This document shows, one piece after another, positions 23,863 through 29,311 of a stretch of 29,311 nt of DNA; position 1 is the stretch's first letter; each line of letters opens with the position of its first letter. The DNA is from Candidatus Iainarchaeum sp. Its GTDB lineage: Archaea > Iainarchaeota > Iainarchaeia > Iainarchaeales > 0-14-0-20-30-16. The translations under genes were made by a program, and so were the position numbers. Below the pieces are notes generated by a model. It did not search any database. It was not told where the DNA came from and saw only the letters and a program-made list of their open reading frames with translations. The stretch is from contig JAQTTP010000009.1 of NCBI GenBank assembly GCA_028710695.1, forward strand, positions 1 to 29,311. Direction: 5' to 3'.

Positions 23863-25380
23863 ATGAAGAGCCATTATAGAATGAAATTAAAAGTAAAACC
23901 AATAGAGATGGAAACTGGGACCTATGTTGTAGTAATGAATAAAGAAGATGCTAAAGAACTTGGTGTAATGCCTTTGGAGCGAATAGAAATACATAATGAC
24001 GATACCCAAGAAAGTATTGGTGTTGTTGTGAATGTTTCAAAAAACTTTGTGAAAAAAGGAGAACTTGGAGTATACAAAGATGTGTTTGAAGCAATAAAAC
24101 CATCAAAAGAACTATATGTTGGTATTTCAAAGCACTTAGATAGTGTAACTTATATTAAGAAAAAATTACAAAACCAAAAATTGACTTATGATGAAATAAA
24201 ATGCATTGTGGATGATATAAATAATAATTATTTGTCACAGATTGAGATGGCATCTTTTATGACTGCCGTGTACATAAATGGATTTGATTTGGATGAATCA
24301 TATTCTATGGCAGACTCTATTTTAAAAAGCGGAAATATAATTGATTTTAATAAGCCCAATATTGTAGATAAGCACTGTATTGGTGGAATAAATGGAAGAG
24401 CAACTATGCTTGTTGTTCCTATTATTGCTGCAGCAGGTTTGACGATGCCGAAAACATCTTCAAGAGCAATAACTTCTGCTGCAGGAACTGCAGATTCAAT
24501 GGAAGTCCTTGCAAATGTAAACCTTTCTTTTGAAGATATGAAAAGAATTTTAGACAAAACAAATGGATTTATTGCTTGGGGTGGAGCATTAGATATTGCA
24601 CCAGTGGATGATAAGATAATTAAAATTGAGTATCCGTTATCATTAGACCCGCATGGACAGGTAATTGCTTCCGTTCTTGCAAAAAAAGCAAGTGTTGGAG
24701 CAAAGAAAGTTATAATTGATTTACCTGTTGGCCCAGAGCTTAAAGTAAAAACTATTGATGAAGCAAGAAAGCTTGCAGAAGGGTTTGTAATTGTGGGTAG
24801 AAAGTTAGGGATGGAAGTTAAGTCTTTAATTACTAATGGGTCTGTGCCTTCAGGTCCTGCTTTTGGATGTGCTTTAGAAGCTAAACAAGTTCTTGAAATT
24901 TTGGAAGGAAAAGTTCATGATAATTTGGCAGAGAAAGCTTGTGAGCTTGCGGGGATCCTTTTAGAAATGGGTGGAAAGGCCAAAGAAGGCGAAGGACTAA
25001 AGAAAGCTAAGCAAATTTTGAATAGTGGTCAGGCTTTGAAAAAAATGAAAGAGATAATTGCGGCTCAAGGAGAGATTTGTTCTAGCTCTGAGAAAGTGCC
25101 TATAAGTGACAAATTCATAGATGTTTATGCAGAGACAAGCGGATACGTTTCTGATATGAGCATAAAAGGATTAAATCAGATTGCGAGATTTGCTGGTGCA
25201 CCGAGTGATAAACTTGCAGGTGTTCTTTTGCATGTGAGACCACACTCAGATATAAATCGTGGAGATAAACTTTACACAATTTATGGAACCAACTTAGACA
25301 AGCTTCAATTTGCTTATGCTTATGCAAAGAAGATAAAGCCAATACACTTTGAAAACATAATTCTGAGCAGGGTAGAATGA
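23863..25380 (+). CDS. deoA: AMP phosphorylase (thymidine-phosphorylase family, archaeal DeoA-type)
   Basis: An AMPpase-specific N-terminal domain (LKVKPIEMETGTYVVVMNKEDAKELGV), then DKHCIGGINGRATMLVVPIIAAAGLTMPKTSSRAITSAAGTADSME. ATG 23863 lies 1 nt after the upstream stop. Confidence 0.85.
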   Translation: MKSHYRMKLKVKPIEMETGTYVVVMNKEDAKELGVMPLERIEIHNDDTQESIGVVVNVSKNFVKKGELGVYKDVFEAIKPSKELYVGISKHLDSVTYIKKKLQNQKLTYDEIKCIVDDINNNYLSQIEMASFMTAVYINGFDLDESYSMADSILKSGNIIDFNKPNIVDKHCIGGINGRATMLVVPIIAAAGLTMPKTSSRAITSAAGTADSMEVLANVNLSFEDMKRILDKTNGFIAWGGALDIAPVDDKIIKIEYPLSLDPHGQVIASVLAKKASVGAKKVIIDLPVGPELKVKTIDEARKLAEGFVIVGRKLGMEVKSLITNGSVPSGPAFGCALEAKQVLEILEGKVHDNLAEKACELAGILLEMGGKAKEGEGLKKAKQILNSGQALKKMKEIIAAQGEICSSSEKVPISDKFIDVYAETSGYVSDMSIKGLNQIARFAGAPSDKLAGVLLHVRPHSDINRGDKLYTIYGTNLDKLQFAYAYAKKIKPIHFENIILSRVE

Positions 25381-25423
25381 TTTAGTTATAATATTAAAAT
25401 AGAAAAAAGGAAAGAAAAAAGAA

Positions 25424-25972
25424 TTATGCTTTTTTCTTTGTCAAAGTTTCTGCAAGTTTCTCAATTTCTTTTATGCTGTCAATAACATCTTGTTCTGACT
25501 TTGCACCTGCACAGATTATCTTTCCGTTCTTGAATAAAAGTAGACTAACTTTTGGTTTGTAAAGTCTAATTATTGCTCCAGGAAATTGCTCTGGCTCGTA
25601 CTCAACATTATCTAATTCTAAAGCCATATCAAACAAGTTAAATGTTTTATCTATTTGGGCATTAGCAACTATATTTACAATTTCATATACTGGTTTTGTT
25701 TGAATTTGTATGTCTGGTTGGAATTTGTGAATTATTTCTGAGCATCTTTTTATTGCCAAAGGCACTTCTTCGTCTGAGCTCGCACCAGCACAAATTATCT
25801 TTCCATTTTTGAACAAAAGTAAAGTAACTTTTGGTTCTGTTAGTCTCATTATTGCTCCTGGAAATTGTTCTGGTTCATATTCTATGTCTGGGTGGCTTAC
25901 TGCCAAATTAAATAAATCTAATTGACCACCTAAAAAAGAAGATGCTACTCGATTAACTATCTTATACTTCAT
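25424..25972 (-). CDS. tbp: TATA-box-binding protein
   Basis: Two tandem TBP repeats each contain EYEPEQFPGAI[MI]RL..PKV[TS]LLLFKNGKIICAGA. ATG 25972 (MKYKIVNRVAS) is preferred to TTG 25987. Confidence 0.92.
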   Translation of the reverse strand: MKYKIVNRVASSFLGGQLDLFNLAVSHPDIEYEPEQFPGAIMRLTEPKVTLLLFKNGKIICAGASSDEEVPLAIKRCSEIIHKFQPDIQIQTKPVYEIVNIVANAQIDKTFNLFDMALELDNVEYEPEQFPGAIIRLYKPKVSLLLFKNGKIICAGAKSEQDVIDSIKEIEKLAETLTKKKA

Positions 25973-25987
25973 ACTTTTACACCTCAA

Positions 25988-26108
25988 AGAGAGTAAATTT
26001 ATTTAAAAATTTTTATGACCCTATTTATAAATATAATAGAAACCTTTATAAATAAACTATTATATAATATCTATGTTTAACGTATGTTTAACAGATGGGT
26101 GATGATTA
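25988..26108. promoter_or_regulatory. divergent promoter region (TBP / 26109 gene) with TATA-like boxes and a direct repeat
   Basis: TTTATAAAT occurs twice (about 26024 and 26046). TATGTTTAAC occurs at 26072-26081 and again at 26083-26092, an 11-bp spacing. GGGTGAT SD at 26097-26103. Confidence 0.4.
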
Positions 26109-27023
26109 ATGTATGATGATGCTCCTGCAGGACCAGATCCTTTAGCTAGTTATGCTGACTCCGGAAGTGGAAGTGGCTTTTTTGCAAAAATAAAGGCACA
26201 CTCTGAAGTATGGATACCTCTAGTTTTGATAATAATTTTGTTCTTGTTTTTATCAGTTTATTTTGGTCTGATAGATGCTAAGTCAGTTCCATTAGTTGGG
26301 GGATTACTTTCAAGTATAATGGGCGACTACAAACAAATTTTATTGGTTGGACAGCCATGGGATGGCCCTTACCAAAATGACACAATTGTAGAAATAATGC
26401 AACAAGGTTTGAATGGTCAAAAATACAAAATTAAGCAAATAGAAAGCTCACAGAACTTTTCACATAACCCTGAAAACCAGATAAAAAATTATGATTTAAT
26501 AATTTTAGATCAGACAATGCTTAGTGATAAATCAATACCACCTGATTTTGCAAATGCGCTAATTGATTATGTGTTTGCAGGCGGAAAATTAATAATTGTT
26601 GGAGACTCAGCAACATTTGTAACAGGAAGACCAGAGAAGATTGGTTTGCCAGCAACATTTAATGAGAGCATGGCACCAGTTGACTGTATGAGCCCAATAG
26701 ATGGTGGCCCAAAATGTACAATGCCTATACCATTGCCAGCAGGAATTTGGTATAATACTTATGAAACAAAGCTATTCCAAGGAATCGACAAGATACCTCC
26801 AAATCCTTTAACACAAGGATTACAAGGATTGCCTTTTACAGTATTTGATGTTTCCCCACAAGGTGACGAGTGGGCATATATCCAAGATGTTGTAAGCGGT
26901 AAAATCTTTACTGGGATTGTAAAGAACGGATATGGTGTTGGAAAGGTAATATACATTAACTATCAAGAAGTAGGATTAACACCAAGTGTATTGGAATATG
27001 TAGTTGAAGAATTAATAGGTTAG
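26109..27023 (+). CDS. N-terminally anchored hypothetical protein with flavodoxin-like / class-I-glutamine-amidotransferase-like (ThuA/DUF4159-type) fold signature
   Basis: Single TM (WIPLVLIIILFLFLSVYFGLI), then QILLVGQP...YDLIILDQ...ALIDYVFAGGKLIIVGDSA, a beta-alpha-beta pattern. I see no catalytic Cys-His-Glu triad. Confidence 0.6.
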   Translation: MYDDAPAGPDPLASYADSGSGSGFFAKIKAHSEVWIPLVLIIILFLFLSVYFGLIDAKSVPLVGGLLSSIMGDYKQILLVGQPWDGPYQNDTIVEIMQQGLNGQKYKIKQIESSQNFSHNPENQIKNYDLIILDQTMLSDKSIPPDFANALIDYVFAGGKLIIVGDSATFVTGRPEKIGLPATFNESMAPVDCMSPIDGGPKCTMPIPLPAGIWYNTYETKLFQGIDKIPPNPLTQGLQGLPFTVFDVSPQGDEWAYIQDVVSGKIFTGIVKNGYGVGKVIYINYQEVGLTPSVLEYVVEELIG

Positions 27024-27058
27024 AATTAACCTATTCCCTTTTTTATTTTTGTTTTTTT
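27015..27058 (+). terminator. hairpin plus long T-tract after the 26109 gene
   Basis: ATAGGTTA (27015-27022), loop GAAT, TAACCTAT (27027-27034), spanning the TAG stop. It is followed by TCCCTTTTTTATTTTTGTTTTTTT. Confidence 0.45.
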
Positions 27059-27104
27059 ACATAGATCTAAAAACAAATAAATACCTCTTTGTCTATATTT
27101 GATT

Positions 27105-28190
27105 ATGCAAGAGATTGATGTTGCGGACTTACCAATTGAAGAACTTGAACTAAATTTAGCTGTTTTTGCACATGACTGTCATACTGCGCCATTATATATT
27201 AGAAATACTTTTGATATATTGTTTCTTGGTGGCGGCAAAGATAATGCACCACATGTTTTGAAAGCATCAGGTCTTGCTGAAAAATTTATGTATGATTTAA
27301 TGGCTGTAATTGATAAACATACAAAAATTAGACGTAATTTGAAAATAATGTCTAGAGATGAAGTAAGAGGTTGGATTCAGAAATATAAGCAAGACCTTTT
27401 GGACGTGAATAAATCATTGAAATCTTTTGAAGATTATTGGTCAGAAAACAAAAAAAGAATTATAATAGAAGGTAATGAAGCATTTGAATTAGGGCATAAA
27501 CAAAGCTACAAGTCTTGGAGAAGTAAAACTTTAGAACAAGATATTGATGAAAGTTTAGAACTTTATAAATCTCATTTTTCTATAGATAAATTGGGCTTGC
27601 CTATTTCTGCAGGCCCGTATTCTCTCCAAGAAGAAAATCTTTATGATTTTTTTAGTAAATGGAGTAAACGTGAATTTAGGGACCGAGATGGACAGAAAGT
27701 GGATGTTATATTTAGAGGTAGGCCTGTGTCGGGGTTAAAAGTGGATACTTCCCTATTGCAAAGGACAATTTATAATATTATGACTGATGCTATTAATCAC
27801 ACCCCTGGAAGACCAGTGTATATAACCTTGGGTGAAAAAGATGGAAGAATATGGGTGTCTGTTACTAACGAGGGGCGGAAACTAAATCCTGAAGAAATAA
27901 GAAAAATTGGTAGGGAAAGATATAGTAGAAGAATGGATGACCCCAGAAGAGGATATGGTAAGATAATGGTTAGAATGGCTACCGAAGCAATGGGCGGTCA
28001 GTTCCATGTTGGGAACTCTAAGATTGGGCCCCTTTTGCAAGTAAGCTTTCCCTCTTCAAAGCCACCAGAAAACAAGGGCCCTAAAAAAACAAATGTAGTT
28101 AAACTTATTGAAGTAAGGCGTGCAAGAGAACGGGTAAAAAAATATGAATTTAAGCCAAGAAAAGAACCACGCGTTAGATTTAGAATATAA
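27105..28190 (+). CDS. atypical soluble histidine-kinase-like protein (H-box + HATPase_c) with basic C-terminal tail
   Basis: H-box-like FAHDCHTAPLYI at residues about 22-33. N-box IYNIMTDAINHTPG. Degenerate G1 VSVTNEGRKL. G2-like RRGYGKIMVRMATEAMGG. No TM or PAS region. The track start is TTG 27099, but ATG 27105 is more likely. Confidence 0.65.
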   Translation: MQEIDVADLPIEELELNLAVFAHDCHTAPLYIRNTFDILFLGGGKDNAPHVLKASGLAEKFMYDLMAVIDKHTKIRRNLKIMSRDEVRGWIQKYKQDLLDVNKSLKSFEDYWSENKKRIIIEGNEAFELGHKQSYKSWRSKTLEQDIDESLELYKSHFSIDKLGLPISAGPYSLQEENLYDFFSKWSKREFRDRDGQKVDVIFRGRPVSGLKVDTSLLQRTIYNIMTDAINHTPGRPVYITLGEKDGRIWVSVTNEGRKLNPEEIRKIGRERYSRRMDDPRRGYGKIMVRMATEAMGGQFHVGNSKIGPLLQVSFPSSKPPENKGPKKTNVVKLIEVRRARERVKKYEFKPRKEPRVRFRI

Positions 28191-29007
28191 TAAAAATAAG
28201 ATAAACTATTACTGTTGAAATAACCTGCAAAGGAAGAGCAGGTATTACTCTTTCTCCTGTCTTTTTGTTAAGCAATAAATAGATTGTTAAGCAAAGCATA
28301 ATTATACTTAAGCTTAGGATTATGAAAGCTAAAGCTGTGTTTATGAAAAGGGCTGAGATGAAAAGGATTATTGGAATTGCAAAATCTCCTGAGCCAATAT
28401 CTAATGGCTTTTTTGAATAATTCAAAGCTATTGTGAATATGTAGTTTGTGTTTACTATGTTCTTTGCTAGGAATACCATGTGCTTTGTTTTGAATACAGC
28501 AATGTAATCATATATTGCCAATAATACAGCAAAGATGAACAGGGGCAGGAAAGAGATTGAATATCCAATCATGGTTGCAAATGTAGAAGTTACTACTATC
28601 ATTGAGAAGTTCTTTAGAAGCCTGCTCGATTGGGCATAGTATTTTGTTATACATAACAACAAAGTTAGGGCCAAGCCAATATAGTCAAGCCCAAATAGAG
28701 AAAATAAAGTCTCAAATCCTATAAAAGTAAGAACAAGATCTAGAGTCCTTGTGCTTCTTTTAAAAAATTTGAAAACAACTAACAATAAGAATGTTGAAAC
28801 AAATACCCCGCCAACAAGGTAATAGATGTTCGCCATGCTCTCTTTTGTGTCTGCCAGGGGATTTATCTGGATGCTGTTAATCTTTAGAGTGTAGAGTACC
28901 AATAGGGCCAGAGCAGCCATGATAGTATAGGAAAGGATAATCTTAAAGTAAATAAGATTATTCTTTAAAAACTGGCTTGTAGTGAAGCGGCTTAGGTTCA
29001 TAAACAT
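28180..29007 (-). CDS. presenilin/signal-peptide-peptidase family (A22) intramembrane aspartyl protease homologue
   Basis: Polytopic membrane protein with the three family motifs in order: LAIYDYIAVFKTKHM (YD), LDIGSGDFAIP (GxGD) and VIPALPL (PAL). Confidence 0.8.
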   Translation of the reverse strand: MFMNLSRFTTSQFLKNNLIYFKIILSYTIMAALALLVLYTLKINSIQINPLADTKESMANIYYLVGGVFVSTFLLLVVFKFFKRSTRTLDLVLTFIGFETLFSLFGLDYIGLALTLLLCITKYYAQSSRLLKNFSMIVVTSTFATMIGYSISFLPLFIFAVLLAIYDYIAVFKTKHMVFLAKNIVNTNYIFTIALNYSKKPLDIGSGDFAIPIILFISALFINTALAFIILSLSIIMLCLTIYLLLNKKTGERVIPALPLQVISTVIVYLIFIIF

Positions 29008-29311
29008 CCCCTGCTCTCAAGAGCTTGCTAACGTAGTCTTGCACTTTTGTTTTATCTATTTTTTTTGCTTCCGCCTCAGACATTAACTCGTGCAAATTTA
29101 TTGAGTCATGCTCTTTACACCAATCTTTTATTACTTCTAGCATATTACGCATTTGGACTGCTTGAGAATGGCTTTGTCCAGTGGTGATAATATCAATATC
29201 CATGTCTCCTGTTTCTGGATCCATTCCTACCTGCTCCATAGAAGTCCTGAACAATTTGATTGCCCTTTCTGCATCATCAATTTCTACTGTTGGAGCTAAT
29301 CTCACCCTCGC
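28958..29311 (-). CDS. mcm: MCM replicative helicase, C-terminal end (winged-helix region); gene continues beyond the window
   Basis: The frame is open to base 29311. RLAPTVEIDDAERAIKLFRTSMEQVGMDPETGDMDIDIITTGQSHSQ matches the conserved MCM C-terminal segment (ARxRLS...D...A..L...S...vg.D.etG..DiD...tG.s.s). Confidence 0.85.
   Translation of the reverse strand, partial: ARVRLAPTVEIDDAERAIKLFRTSMEQVGMDPETGDMDIDIITTGQSHSQAVQMRNMLEVIKDWCKEHDSINLHELMSEAEAKKIDKTKVQDYVSKLLRAGDVYEPKPLHYKPVFKE

Noticed and set aside
26099-26158. C/D-box sRNA-like signals (GTGATGA at 26099, ATGATGA at about 26113, CTGA at about 26155)
   Set aside because: The box order is C, C', D with no D' in between. The first box is the GGTGAT Shine-Dalgarno of the 26109 gene, and the rest lies in its coding sequence (MYDDAP...). 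No terminal stem is present.
1-29311. CRISPR arrays, rRNA genes, transposons, prophage or recognisable defence systems
   Set aside because: I found no regularly spaced direct repeats of 24-40 bp, no cas-like, restriction-modification, integrase or capsid/terminase motifs in any ORF, and no rRNA-like GC-rich blocks other than the two tRNAs.

Overview
AT-rich, very gene-dense archaeal fragment with about 30 CDS and 2 tRNAs. Several stop/start and stop/stop overlaps occur, and there are no CRISPR arrays, transposases or integrases. The archaeal assignment rests on a TATA-binding protein, an MCM 3' end, an NMD3-like zinc-ribbon protein, ADP-forming acetyl-CoA synthetase, an AMP phosphorylase plus ribose-1,5-bisphosphate isomerase pair, TATA-like boxes 25-35 nt upstream of starts, and GGTGA(T) Shine-Dalgarno motifs. 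The compaction and gene content fit a small-genome, DPANN-like fermentative archaeon, but that is inference. All homology calls come from motifs read by eye, since no database search was possible. Housekeeping content: a Ca-type P-type ATPase (5' truncated), a SlyD-like FKBP, an NMNAT-like nucleotidyltransferase, tRNA-Thr(UGU) and tRNA-Thr(CGU), AMMECR1, ACD alpha and beta, a PAP2 phosphatase, a SplB-like radical SAM protein, TBP, a presenilin/SPP-type intramembrane protease and MCM. The second-look material falls into four groups. (1) Two envelope gene blocks (8170-13922 and 14971-22906) encode five secreted or membrane-anchored orphan proteins. One is a 1602-aa Asn/Asp-rich protein with beta-helix, propeller-like and Ig-like regions and a C-terminal anchor, and its stop overlaps the start of the AMP-salvage genes. 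(2) A 253-aa protein built from four ~40-aa repeats carries an N-terminal basic peptide (V-x-KLI-x-x-RRARER) that recurs at the C-terminus of a sensor-less orphan histidine-kinase-like protein 20 kb away. (3) An unlisted 41-codon RHH-like ORF sits just upstream of a 135-aa orphan. (4) Several small items: a metal-binding Cys tail on the FKBP, acceptor-stem mismatches in both tRNAs, palindromes and direct repeats in spacers. I cannot show that any of these is a defined new system. The surface-protein island and the repeat-protein/kinase motif link are the best candidates.
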